A DNA stretch of 64,000 nucleotides from positions 1 through 64,000 of the forward strand of contig NIVC01000301.1 of NCBI GenBank assembly GCA_002269645.1, read 5' to 3'. Of the stretch, positions 1-12,534 are shown piece after piece (the first letter of the stretch is position 1; each line of letters opens with the position of its first letter). Both the position numbers and the translations under genes were made by a program. The notes under the pieces were generated by a model that was not told the DNA's origin, searched no databases, and saw nothing but the letters and a program-made list of their open reading frames with translations. Origin of the DNA: Macrostomum lignano (lineage: Eukaryota).

Positions 1-95
1 TTGAAGTAAGGGAAGGATGAACGTTTCAGAAATTCCCGACTTGAAAAATATTGCTTGCTGACATTCATAGCAAGTTGCTGCTACTCATTGTTTAC

Positions 96-2248
96 CTGGA
101 ATTCCGTCGTTGTCATCGTCGTTGTCAATAGAGTCCGGAATGCCGTCTCCATCGGAGTCTTTAAAAAAATTGTACAGCCGATGGTTGGGATCCTTCAGGT
201 CAGGAATGCCATCGTTGTCATCATCAGTGTCAATGTGGTCTGGGATGCCGTCGCCGTCTGAGTCTTCCATGACGCACTCGGGCTTACCGTCGCCGTTAGA
301 GTCTTCGTCCTCCCAATCTGGGATGCCATCGTTGTCGTCGTCATCGTCCCATTCGTTGAGGACGCCGTCGTTGTCGCTGTCCTGCTTATTGTCCAGGTAG
401 CGCCATCATTGTCGTCATCCGGGTCAAGGAAGTCCGGGATGCCGTCACAGTCACGGTCATACCAACCCATGTCTTCGAGGTCCGCGATAAGGTCCTCAAC
501 CTCAGGGCCATCTGAACATAGAATGGAAGGGCAGTGAGAAAACGAGCACCTGAAAACATCTTTTCTGCTTTTTGTTGGCAATTTTAATAAGAAGAATTCC
601 TAAGTATTGAAGTGACAGCTTCCCAGAGTATCAGACCATTGCGGCACTCACCTGTGGCATCGTATTTGCTGGTGTCCAGTAGATCGGGTATGCCGTCTCC
701 ATCGGAGTCCTCCAGAACATCCGGAATGCCATCACCATCGTCGTCCAAGTCAAGATAGTCCGGAATTCCATCATTGTCCGCATCACCCTCCTTCTTGCGG
801 TTCCGGTACCGCAGTCGCTTCTCATTGTCCGATGTGTCCTCGCGGCAATCCGGGATGCCGTCACCGTTAGCGTCCGGGTCCTCTACATCCGGAATACCGT
901 CGTTGTCGTCATCGTCGTCATTTTGATTTGTCTCGCCGTCCCAGTCGGAGTCTTGCGTCCGATCCAGCAGGCCGTCGTTGTCGATGTCATCGTCCTGATC
1001 GTCCGGGATGCCGTCGCAGTCGTGGTCGTTCGGTCTTCGCTTAGCACCATCGGCTGTTCGGCGGCCTCGTTTTCAACTTGCATTTTGGGCGGCTTCGGCG
1101 GACCGCGGCCCTTTCGTCGACGTCGGCGACGACCGCCATCGTCTCCAGATTCCTCGTCAGTTTCGTGAGAGTCTTCATTGGTAGTGGTGGCGTTGTTTTG
1201 CAAGAATTTGACTTGGGCTAATAGAGGGTCGGAGCGACTCTCCTAGCTTTTCTGTCAGGCGTTTTGTTAATTTTGTGTAGCAAAGTCGCAATTGAAATTA
1301 AGTTATGGTTAATCGTATTAGTGAGCCCCAATTAGTTTTATGATTCCCAGAAGCCGATATACGCTCGTAGTAAAATGAGCATGAAAAATGTTGTAAGTGG
1401 GACTCTGGTGCACAGGGCTCATTCAAAGAAAAAGCCAAGGAATCAAACTCAAATACGTAACCCGTGTTAGAGTTCAATGGATCGGATGACCAACATAAAT
1501 GGCGAGAAAAATGATGGATTGATGGTGGGTGAAGGTGGGTCTGATGAAATGCTTATCAAGAAACTCAAATCCACTCAAATTAGTGAGCATACAGTGTATA
1601 TGTACTTGTAAATACCTGTCTTGTGAATTGTAATATTTAAGCCTGCGATCTATTTTTACCCGGATTATCTTCGACTGCTGCAGCTTCTTCATCTGCCTCC
1701 TCATCGGAGGACTCCGCCGGTGCCTCCTCCTCCTCCTCCTCTTCCGCTTCCTCCTCTTCCTCTTCGGCCTCTTGCAGAAGGCGGCGCCGTCCGCCAGACT
1801 GCAGTGGTGGTGAGGGTGGGTCATCTCGGGCTGGTGGTCCAAATTTTTAGTTATTGCGCGATCACGATGGAGAGAAATGATTTTATTGGAGTTGGGAAGT
1901 TTAGAGTTAAGTTTTGTCGTCGAGGGTCGATGTTTACTAAAGCATTACATAATTTTTTATAACTTACGAGAGCCTCTACAAGAGGCTTTAGGAGGGAAGT
2001 AAGGATGTTTGGTTTACTAACCAGTATTGAATCGACATTATTCAAGGCCGCCTGCTCATCCGCTGCTTCAACGAGGCAGCAAACCAAAGCGATGCCTGTT
2101 TGTTGAATGTGTGATGAAAAATGGTGCGAATAATTAATTAATAAACGGCTTAAAACAGTGCCTCTTTGTGTGTTTTTTCCTCACCTAGAAACAGGAGGCA
2201 CAAGGGAGCCACCAAAGACGGTCCTCTTCGCTGCCTGGGTGCCACCAT
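96..2248 (-). CDS. Secreted Asp/Glu-rich protein with thrombospondin type-3-like (DxDxDGIPD) Ca-binding repeats; 3' part lies beyond the left edge of the window
   Basis: Manual splice model with phase-consistent GT-AG junctions: exons 2248-2185, 2095-2022, 1798-1660, 1217-652, 511-96. The N-terminus [32 protein letters not shown] looks like a signal peptide, followed by a poly-Glu tract and many repeats such as [22 protein letters not shown]. Two apparent 1-nt frameshifts (~1032 and ~400). Confidence 0.85.
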
Positions 2249-4387
2249 TTTTGGTAAATGTCGCTGACAAATTCTGTGCACTAGTTTCAGCTGATCCAAT
2301 TCGGTTGCAAGCCAAAACTACAGCAACCAGGGTTGGGATACCTGGGCACTGACGCTGCTGAGGCTTTATAGAAGTTCGGCGAAAAGAAAGGGGAAAGGGG
2401 AAAAGGGAAATGGGAAGAGAGAGGAAAAGTAAAGTTGGAAGCAAAATAGCGAACGGGTTTTGATCCGAGTGTTCCGACCTCTCTCATTGGTCAAGCGTTT
2501 TTGGACTAGTGTGGTAGATGGGTGGAGCATCGATCCAAGTTGGACACTCGATAATTTCGATCTCTATAATTTAGTCGGGAATTCGAAAGCTGTGTAGCAA
2601 GCTGTGTAGCAAGAGTTCAAAACAAGTTAAATACACGAGTCCATGTAATTTATGTTTCCATAAATTCTCTACTTTCGGCATAGATGTGGACATAAAGTTC
2701 CTCAACAAACTAAAGCACAGTACATTAAATTCCATATCCAAACAAATTTGCATGTACAGATATGACAACAACACAAGCAAAAAGCCTGGAAATAAGCTTT
2801 AAAAGCAAATATTTTAAGTTAATAGATCTCTACCAACAATTTTATGTGCAACACACCAGAAAATTCTTAAATATAGCTTCGGTTTTTATGAAATAAGCCG
2901 GACTGTTTCATTTATAATAATCCACAAATAATCTATTTGATCTATTCATGTTAGGTTGTCTGTACTCTTGATAGAGAAGTGCATGAACAGTAATAGGATG
3001 TTTCGCACAGAAAAAATCAACCCTTTTACATTTATTTGTGTTATTGATAATGGTAATAAACCCTGATAAATAATAATTTATGAGTTTTTAATTCGTTTAT
3101 CCGTTTTGCGAATTAAGACATATTTTACTCCGCAAATCTAATGTTTTAACAAATTTTACTTCTATATTTAAACACACGCACAGTTGTGAAGCCCTTTAAA
3201 TAATATAAATCAAATTAAACAATTTTTATAGCAAATAAAGGACTCACATTTTTATTTTAATTAATATTTGTGTTGTTAAGGTCCAATATACAAAATTTAA
3301 CACTAGCAACGAAATTTTTTTGATTTGGTAACTATCTATCTTTCGCATATATCGCTGATCGCAACACCTTCAACAAAGAAGTACACGAGCATTCAATAAT
3401 TTTACGGTATGTAGATTATACGTAAAGCAGTGTGTCCTTTGAGTTTAAATCTTGATATCTGTGTTTACTTTAAATTCGCTGTTAGCAAAAAATATAATTT
3501 TTAGTATAAATGCAGAACGATATAGAATCTCGTTCACTCACAATGACCAGCTATTTCCATATACCAAAAATGATTTGTCGGTAGATAGGTATCTATGTGA
3601 TCAGTAGAGAAAAATGGCTCAACCGATTTTCTTCGAACGTGCACTTTTCGATCAGAATTTTTTTCGTGACGGTACATGCATTGTGGCTAAGAAATTTAAA
3701 ATACTAAAATCAATCAAATCAACTACTAAAATAGTGCGAAACAGTGGTTCTGGTTCTTTTTGTGCTGCTCTTCATAAAGATGCAGTTGAAAATTGAAAAA
3801 TAGTCTATCAGACAAAAATTGAAATGCTAATTTATTTTTAATTTCTTCTTTAAAGTCCATTTTAGTCTAATACTCTAAATTTCTGAAATTTTACAAGTTA
3901 GATTTATGCAACAACTCAAAATTTATACCAAAGAACTATTTTAATGGTATTAATATGAGTTTCCTTGCTGTGTCATTTAATTTCAAAGATCTGTAGAAAA
4001 CTTTCTGTTGGCTTGCTAGCAAGTGGATAATTTGAAATTTTAATTAAGTACAGATATTGTATTTCTTTAAAAAATCTTTGTTTTATTCACATGTCTGGAT
4101 GATAATTTTTTAATGTTTCCTTTTAGGATCTTAAGCAAAATTAATTTCTTTACAACTTGTAGCACTTTCTAATTTCGAAGTATGGGATTCAAAACTGCTT
4201 GTAGTCTAAAATACATTAGGTTGCTTTTAAACAATGTGTTAAACAAGGATAAAATAGTATTGATGAAAAATAATGGAAGCTATGAAAATTAATTTTTATA
4301 CATGTACTATTTGGAACTCATTGATGCATAAATGCTAAATCATCAAGATGCTCATGTTTCAGCCCAAAGCTCCCACAGCAGCAAGCC

Positions 4388-7300
4388 ATGGCCAAGGTCG
4401 TGAACCCACCGCCGCGCTACACCCACCCCGAGTGGACATTCAGCAACAATCAAAAGTATCGCAACGCCGAGCTCGAGCGGGCCGCCGCCGAACGGCTCAA
4501 AGCCGAGTCGGACCGCATCATCGAGGAGACGGCCAAGAAGACGGCCGCAGCCCAGGCCGACGTTGATAAGAAGCTGAGTGAGTGCAGATTCAGTGCAGAT
4601 TGGATGGTAGATTCAGTGCAGATTGGGTGGTAGATTCAGTGCAGATTGGGTGGTAGATTCAGTGCAGATTGGGTGGTAGATTCAGTGCAGATTGGATAGT
4701 AGATTCATTGCAGATTGGGTGGTAGATTCAGTTCAGATTTGGTGGTAGATTCAGTGCAGACTGGGTGGTAGATTCATTGCAGATTGGGTGGTAGATTCAG
4801 TTCAGATTGGCTGGTAGATTCAGTGCAGATTGGATGGTAGATTCAGTGCAGACTGGGTGGTAGATTCATTGCAGATTGGGTGGTAGATTCAGTTCAGATT
4901 GGCTGGTAGATTCAGTGCAGATTGGATGGTAGATTCAGTGCAGATTGGATGGTAGATTCAGTGCAGATTGGATGGTAGATTCAGCGCAGACTGGGTGATA
5001 GATTCAGTGCAGATTGGGTGGTAGATTCAGTGCAGATTGGGTGATAGATTCAGTGCAGATTTGGTGGTAGATTCAGTGCAGACTGGGTGGTAGATTCAGT
5101 GCAGATTGGGTGATAGATTCAGTGCAGATTTGGTGGTAGATTCAGTGCAGACTGGGTGGTAGATTCAGTGCAGATTGGGTGATAGATTCAGTGCAGACTG
5201 GGTGGTAGATTCAGTGCAGATTGGGTGATAGATTCAGTGCAGATTTGGTGGTAGATTCAGTGCAGATTGGGTGGTAGATTCAGTGCAGACTGGGTGGTAG
5301 ATTCAGTGCAGATTTGGTGATAGATTCAGTGCAGATTTGGTGGTAGATTCAGTGCAGATTGGGTGGTAGATTCAGTGCAGACTGGATGGTAGATTCAGTG
5401 CAGACTGGGTGGTAGATTCAGTGCAGATTTGGTGGTAGATTCAGTGCAGATTGGGTGGTAGATTCAGTGCAGATTGGATGGTAGATTCAGTTCAGATTGG
5501 ATGGTAGATTCAGTTCAGATTGGATGGTAGATTCAGTTCAGATTGAATGGTAGATTCAGTTCAGATTGGATGGTAGATTTAGTGCAGATTGGATGGTAGA
5601 TTCAGTGCAGATTGGATGGTAGATTCAGTGCAGATTGGATGGTAGATTCAGTGCAGATTGGATGGTAGATTCAGTGCAGATTGGATAGTAGATTCAGTGC
5701 AGATTGGATGGTAGATTCAGTGCAGATTGGATGGTAGATTCAGTGCAGATTGGATGGTAGATTCAGTGCAGATTGGTTGGTAGATTCAGTGCAGATTGGA
5801 TGGTAGATTCAGTGCAGATTGGATGGTAGATTCAGTGCAGATTGGATGGTAGATCCAGGTCTACCGTGGATAAGTACTTCCATCGTATAAAATCCGAAAA
5901 TGACTTTTTTTATTTTTCTTACCTCCCAGACCAGCGTCTCAACGACGTGAAGTACTGGCGCGAGAGGTCGACGAGAAGCTCGCCGGAGTCAGCGGCGAGA
6001 TTGACAGGCTGGGCGCCTTCATCAGCCGAGTTGACAAAGCGCTCGAGTCGTACCAGGAGCCGCTGCACATCTCCCAGCAGTGCCTCATCAACCGGTGAGG
6101 AGAAGAGCCAGTAATAAATATTATAGAATACCTCATACTGAATAATAACAATGATAATTGATTACACCTGTCCCAATTGGGCCAGATGTCGGTGCAACCG
6201 ACAGCTCAGCCGCAGCTATTGCGCGGCGCATTTGAAGGCTGCGTATGGCTGTTCAGTCAAAGGACTCGGGGGGGGGGTCGCCACACACACCCAGCTAATG
6301 CTGGCACCCATTTTACAGCTGGTTGAACTGAAGCAATGCAGAGTTGTGCTTTGCTCAAGGGCAAGAACTGAACCCCGACCTTTCAGTCGTGAACCGACGC
6401 TCTGAACACTAGGCTACAACACCCTACTGAAAGAGTAGCAAGCAAAGAATGTGAAGTGGTGCTCTGGTAGTGTCTGGTAGTGTCTGGTAGTGTCTGGTAG
6501 TGTCTGGTAGTGTCTGGTAGTGTCTGGCAGTGTCTGGCAGTGTCATGGTAGTGTCTTGTAGTGTCTGGTAGTGTCTGGTAGTGTCTGGTAGTGTCTGGTA
6601 GTGTCTGGTAGTGTCTGGTAGTGTCTGGTAGTGTCTGGTAGTGTCTGGTAGTGTCTGGTAGTGTGTCCTCCCAGCATCTTCTACTTGAGTAGTCAGTTAG
6701 GAATTACCCTGAAAGCTCATCAACCCCTGCAGTGAGGGCCGCATCGGCATCGACCTGGTCCACGACGATGTCCAGAAGGAGCTGCTGAAGGAGGTGGAGG
6801 TGAACCAGGGCGCCCAGGCGCTGCTCTTGAAGACGCTCGAGCAGGCCAAGGAGCAGCTCAGGCTGAACCGCAAGGCCAAGTACCAGCTGGAGAAGGATAT
6901 CGCGGACAAGCGGAGCGCCGAGCAGCTCGACTCGCACTGCGTGGCGCTCAAGGGCAACTCGGCCGGCCTGGGCAGGTCGCCCTGCGCCGTGGGCATCGAC
7001 AGCAAGTTGGTGGCGCGCTCTTTGGCTTTTTGACTTTGCATCTGTTGTTCTGCATCTTGTCCGATTCATGACTCAGGCCTTGTGATTTCTGTGAAACTTC
7101 CTCCGTCTCTCTCCCGCTCATCTCCCTTCCTCTCCGTCCCTCTCCCTTCCTCTCCGCCCTCTCCCTTCCTCTCCGCCCCTCTCCCTTCATCTCCGCTCAT
7201 CTCCCTTCCTCTCCGCCCCTCTCCCTTCCTCTCCGCCCCTCTCCCTCTCTCTCCACCCCTCTCTTCCTCTCCGCCCTCTCCCTTCCTCTCCGCTCATCTC

Positions 7301-9286
7301 CCTTCCTCTCCGCCCCTCTCCCTTCCTCTCCGCTCATCTCCCTTCCTCTCCGCCCCTCTCCCTTCCTCTCCGCTCATCTCCCTTCCTCTCCGCCCCTCTC
7401 CCTTCCTCTCCGCCCCTCTCCCTTCCTCTCCGCTCATCTCCCTTCCTCTCCGCCCCTCTCCCTTCCTCTCCGCCCCTCTCCCTTCCTCTACGCCCCTCTC
7501 CCTTCCTCTCCGTCCCTCTCCCTTCCTCTCCGCCCCTCTCTTCCTCTCCGCCCCCCTCCCTTCCTCTGAGGCTTCTCAGCTTTCAAAGCTCAGCATCCAA
7601 GTCTTCTCTCACCTCGCTCTGCTTCTCTCTTCATCTCTCACCCTTTTCTGCGGAAAATGCACCAAAAGCCGACTTCAAAGCCCGACTGTCCCCACCCGCC
7701 ATTGCAGGTCCGTCAGCCCTGAGGAGTGGCAGGAGTTAAGCAACCGCAACATCCTGGAGGCTGAGAAACAGCGCCAAAACTCCGCCCACATGTGCTCCAT
7801 CGTTGACGGCATCCTGCAGGCGGTGGCCAACGACTTGGAGAAGCAGAAGAGCTGCGTCGATATCGCCGTGAAGCGCCGAGTCGCCGAGACCCGCGACTCC
7901 AAGGCCAAGCTCGAGGAGCACCTCGCCCAAGTGCTGGCCGAGGTCAAGGACATGGAGGTCAACATCGACAAGCTGGAGTCGGCCATCGCCGAGAAGGAGC
8001 AGCCGTTGAAGGTGGCGGAGACCAGGCTGAAGGTGCGCGGCGCCCGACCCAACGTTGAGCAGTGCCGCGACCCCGCCCAGTTCAGGTAAGGATGAGGAGA
8101 GCCAAGGGGCAGGGTTTGCTTGCTCAACCAGTTGAAAGGAAGTGACTCACTGCCTATCATAAATTTTCACCTGGCCATAAGAAACTCTTTGAAAAAACCG
8201 CAGCAGAAACTGTGTCGACCGTTCAAAGCTGGACTGCGTTGGATTCAGGTTCGACTGCGAGGGGAGGGCCGGTTTCCAAGAGCCCCGCACTTGCTTTCTC
8301 GATCGTTAAAATCTTGTCAAAGTGCCTGGACACTTTAATTTATAGTTGTGTAGAGAGCTAAGTTTTAATATAGTTTGCTTGGATACTAAGCTATTCTATT
8401 CTAAATTCTATTCAAATTTACTTTGGAGGTAAGTTTATATAACTCATCTAGGTGGCTTAAATAGTAACCTAGCTGCTTGGAGAGTAAAGTGTAAGGTAAA
8501 CTCTAATCTAGGTGCCTGTAGATCAAAGTACACTCTAGTCTAGTAGGTGCCTGGAGATCAAAGTACACTCTAGTCTAGGTGCCTGGAGATCAAAGTACAC
8601 TCTAGTCTAGGTGCCTAGAAATCAAAGTACACTCTAGTCTAGGTGCCTGGAGATCAAAGTACACTCTAATCTAGGTGCCTGGAGATCAAAGTACACTCTA
8701 ATCTAGGTGCCTGGAGATCAAAGTACACTCTAGTCTAGTAGGTGCCTGGAGATCAAAGTACACTCTAGTCTAGTAGGTGCCTGGAAATCAAAGTACACTC
8801 TAATCTAGGTGCCTGGAGATCAAAGTACGCTCTAGTCTAGGTGCCTGGAGAATAAAGTACGCTTGTAATCACTTAAAAGTACAAGCTTATATCTAAGGTC
8901 AGTGGTTTCTACGACTCGCCTGTAGGTTCAATCTCAGTTTAAATGTAATATTTATTATCTTTATTAACAGCGCCGCTAATCCCTCAGCATCGCCGGGCTT
9001 ATTCCGTACACTCAGCTGTGTCTGACGCGACTTCACAACTAAAATATTTACAAAAAATCTTTAAAAAATGCCATTTCCTCCCAGGCTCGTCGAAGAGGTG
9101 GGCGGCATCCAAGCCTCGGTGGAGGCTCTCTCGCAGCGCCTGGCCGCCAGCCGCGACTCGCTGAAGGGGCTGCTGAGGCGGCAGCTGGACCTGGAGGAGG
9201 AGATCCAGATCAAGGCCAACACGCTCTACATTGATGAGGTGCAGTGCGGCGGCCTGCGGGGCAGCATCCAGATTCACTCCTTCTAA
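4388..9286 (+). CDS. TEKT1: Tektin-1 (axonemal microtubule inner filament protein), 5 exons
   Basis: Exons 4388-4577, 5930-6094, 6733-7005, 7708-8085, 9085-9286, all GT-AG. N-terminus MAKVVNPPPRYTHPEW, R-GIDLVHD, LRLNRKAKYQLEKDI-DK, tektin signature RPNVEQCRD and C-terminal RQLDLEEEIQIKANTLYIDE match remembered TEKT1 sequence. One apparent 1-nt deletion at ~5962-5966. Confidence 0.93.
4581..5853. repeat. 23-bp minisatellite (GATTCAGTGCAGATTGGRTGGTA)n filling tektin intron 1
   Basis: Directly visible tandem array beginning a few nt after the 5' splice site. Confidence 0.97.
6140..6425 (-). mobile_element. tRNA-derived SINE with CORE-like central domain (tektin intron 2)
   Basis: Minus strand reads GGGTGGTTGTAGCCTAGTG (A-box-like) ... 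GGGGTTCAGTTC (B-box-like), then CCTTGAGCAAAG...CTTCAGTTCAACCAGCTGTAAAATGGG, resembling the MIR/CORE consensus CCTTGGGCAAG...CTCAGTTTCCTCATCTGTAAAATGGG, and ends in an ATT-rich tail. Confidence 0.7.
6464..6662. repeat. 10-bp tandem repeat (TGTCTGGTAG)n
   Basis: Visible tandem array in tektin intron 2. Confidence 0.97.
7098..7566. repeat. CT-rich ~20-bp minisatellite (CTCCCTTCCTCTCCGCCCCT)n
   Basis: Visible array in tektin intron 3. Confidence 0.95.
8505..8850. repeat. ~32-bp minisatellite (AGGTGCCTGGAGATCAAAGTACACTCTAGTCT)n
   Basis: Visible array in tektin intron 4. Confidence 0.95.
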
Positions 9287-10242
9287 GAGCAGCGGACCAG
9301 CAAAGCGGAAGCACTTCCGCTGGGGAACTCAAAAAAAGTTTCCTTCTTCTTTCTGTTGTCCCCAGCGAGCGCTTAAACAACTTTTTTCCTTCTCGTTTTG
9401 AATTTATTTTGATATCTCCGTTTTTAATGGTTCGTAGAGAATAATAAGGCAAATGTTCGACATCAACTACTGAATTAACTACTGATGTAAATGTACAGGC
9501 TGGGGTCGGGCTGGGCGGCGCTTATTGGCACAAATAAAGTACACTGTTCCTCCTGTGTTTCTTCTGTCACTAGACACCTTGAGTCCCCGGCCTACTCCAC
9601 CGCCAGCTCCAAGTTTAAAGTCTATTTCTACCATGCATAAATTAAGCTTATTGTACTTTTGTCTGCATTAACTATCAAATTAATTCAGTTTGCTACTGGT
9701 AATTAACTATTATTAAATACAAATACAATAGAGGAATAAAGCAAATAAAAGTTGACGTTGATGCTACACTGACTGCTCGTATTTTAACGGCATATTTAAA
9801 CAATTTTTCTAATCTAGACTACTTTAAGTAGACAAATTGAGATGGTGGATGAAATAATAAGTCTGGAGAGGAAATAATACTAGAATGTTGCTTCTTGCTC
9901 CCACAAACCCTCGCATAATAAGTCTCCCTTATTGAAAGGAATTCAAGCTTCTCTGAAATTTGAGATGCAGCTTGGAGATCCGCGACTATTTTCTCTCGCA
10001 GCAAAGACCCAGATTGAAGAGAGCGGGAGAGAAGCCGCGGACGAGCTCTGAAGGACCGCCTCCGCGCCCTGCTGGCACTTCTGGTGTCCGTCCGCGATTT
10101 AGGATTGTGGTGACTTTTTCCCCTGGCTGCTCTCTGCCTCTTTTCCATTGGTTTCCAGTCTGTTTCTAAGAATTCATCAGGCTGCGTTGAAATTGAATTC
10201 CTATGCTTGTTTCCTCTCATTGCTGCTTTTAGCTAACCGACT

Positions 10243-11300
10243 CCCACACTCCCTAATCCTCTTCCACACTCCCTAATCCTCTCACACACTCCCTAATCCT
10301 CTCAAACACTCCCTAATCCTCTTCCTCACTCCCGAATCCTCCTACACACTCCCTAATCCTCTCCCACACTCCCTAATCCTCTCACACACTCCCTAATCCT
10401 CTCACACACTCCCTAATCCTCTCAAACACTCCCTAATCCTCTCACACACTCCCTAATCCTCTCAAACACTCCCTAATCCTCTCACACACTCCCTAATCCT
10501 CTCAAACACTCCCTAATCCTCTTCCTCACTCCCGAATCCTCTCACACACTCCCTAATCCTCTCAAACACTCCCTAATCCTCTCACACACTCCCTAATCCT
10601 CTCCCACACTCCCTAATCCTCTCAAACACTCCCTAATCCTCTTCCTCACTCCCGAATCCTCCTACACACTCCCTAATCCTCTTACACTCCTTAAGCCTCT
10701 CACAATCACTAATCCTCTCACACTCCCAATCCTCGTACACTCCTAAAGCCTCTCACACTCACTAATCCTCTCACACACTCCCTAATCCTCTCACACACTC
10801 CCTAATCCTCTTACACTCCTTAAGCCTCTCACAATCACTAATCCTCTCACACTCCCTAATCCTCTTACACTCCTTAAGCCTCTCACAATCACTAATCCTC
10901 TCACACTCCCAATCCTCTTACACTCCTTAAGCCTCTCACACTCACTAATCCTCTCACACACTCCCTAATCCTCTCACACACTCCCTAATCCTCTCACACT
11001 CCCTAATCCTCTTACACTCCTTAAGCCTCTCACAATCACTAATCCTCTCACACTCCCCAATCCTCTTACACTCCCCAATCCTCTTACACTCCTTAAGCCT
11101 CTCACACTCCCAAATCATCTCTCCCACTTCCCAATCCTTTTTTACACTTCCTAATCCTCTCTCACATTTCATCCTTTCACACTCCATAATCTTCTCTCCC
11201 ATTCCCTAATCCTCTCACACACTCCCTAATCCTCTCACACACTCCCTAATCCTCACACACTCCCTAATCCTCTCACAACCTCACTAATCTCCTTCCACAG
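10243..11300. repeat. 18-20-bp minisatellite (ACTCCCTAATCCTCTCACAC)n
   Basis: Visible tandem array with variant blocks. Confidence 0.96.
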
Positions 11301-12534
11301 TCTCTAATCCTGCATATAACATCAGTGAACTGTTTTAATTCTCAGCCTACTCATTGCGCTGACTCATGCTCCAAGGACGCTCTGTCTGTGTTTGACTTAA
11401 AGCAATCCAACACAAGAAGCCGCCCCGCCAGACCTAAACAGCTGCAATAATTTTTCACCTGTGGCGCTTCTCACCAAAGGGAAATTTGGTTTGACTCTTC
11501 CTGAAAGACAGGGGGAAAAGGCAAATATTTATGAGCACCCACAGAGTCCGAGCTGAGAGAAACGACTGAAGGCCGGGAAGTGCCGGAGCAGCGGTCCACA
11601 GACAGTGAGGCAGACGGCAGAGGGCAATGAGAAACAAGACAGAAGTCGCAGAAATCTCGATAATTTTGGAATAGAAAAACGACAAAAAAATTATTGAGAA
11701 TGCTGTGCGGGCTTCTCCACCTGGCAGAAAGACAGAAAATATCCCCGCGGACAATGGCTTGGGGTTGGTGGTTCGACTCCCATTTACAAGCGCGGGCCGC
11801 CGGGCTTCCACGGCCGCATGCTGGCTGCAATAAAGTCCCCAGCCATTCCGCATAGTTTTATAGTGAGCACCAGCGGCCGGTTTTTATTTCGGTACATGGA
11901 CTGCTGCGACATGGACTCTTAAAGCTAGAAATCTGGACTTGAAACTCTGGACACAATATTTCAAACTTCAATTAAGAGATGTTGCATCTGTCCGCATCAG
12001 AATCTCCCTTGACGGAATCCAAACAAAGACCTCACTTGCGAATCACTGACTGCGAATCGAGTGTGCTGGTTTCTCTTCAACACGATGCATCCAGACATTA
12101 GTTAGAGAATTCCATGACTCAACCAGTTGGGGAGGTGGGCAAAGAGAGTTAGTTTTTATTGTCGGCGACTTAATCTACTGAGAGAGAGAAAGGCAGGGGG
12201 TGGTTGGCGATTTCCTAATTTGGCTGAGTGGGGGCGGCGGGCTCCCGCAAAGAACAGGATCAGTGCGTTTGGGCCGAGTGCGTGCAAATTAACTTTTATT
12301 TAAGCATTTTTTAGCAATAATAGCAGCAGTCAAGTGACCAGATAAGAAAATTTGCTGTCAAAGCAATTATCCACCTGGATATGGCTGGGTGCATGCAGAC
12401 CCTTGTGGGGTTCAGAGTGACAGAATGACAGCTTAACAAGCAAAACTTCAGCGCTAAAATTATCGGCCGTCTTGACTAGATAGGAATGTGGACTGGAGGC
12501 TGGCAACTCATGTGCGATTCCTGTGTAGCTTTGG

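Noticed and set aside
6350-6425. Functional tRNA gene
   Set aside because: The B-box is degenerate, I could not fold a convincing cloverleaf, and it continues into a SINE-type body.
7082-7707. N-terminal Pro/Ser/Leu-rich part of the 335-aa ORF as coding
   Set aside because: It is intron 3 minisatellite reading through in frame into tektin exon 4.
9819-11853. ORFs at 9819-10220 and 11455-11853 as exons of an additional minus-strand gene
   Set aside because: No domain similarity and no phase-consistent splice chain found by eye.
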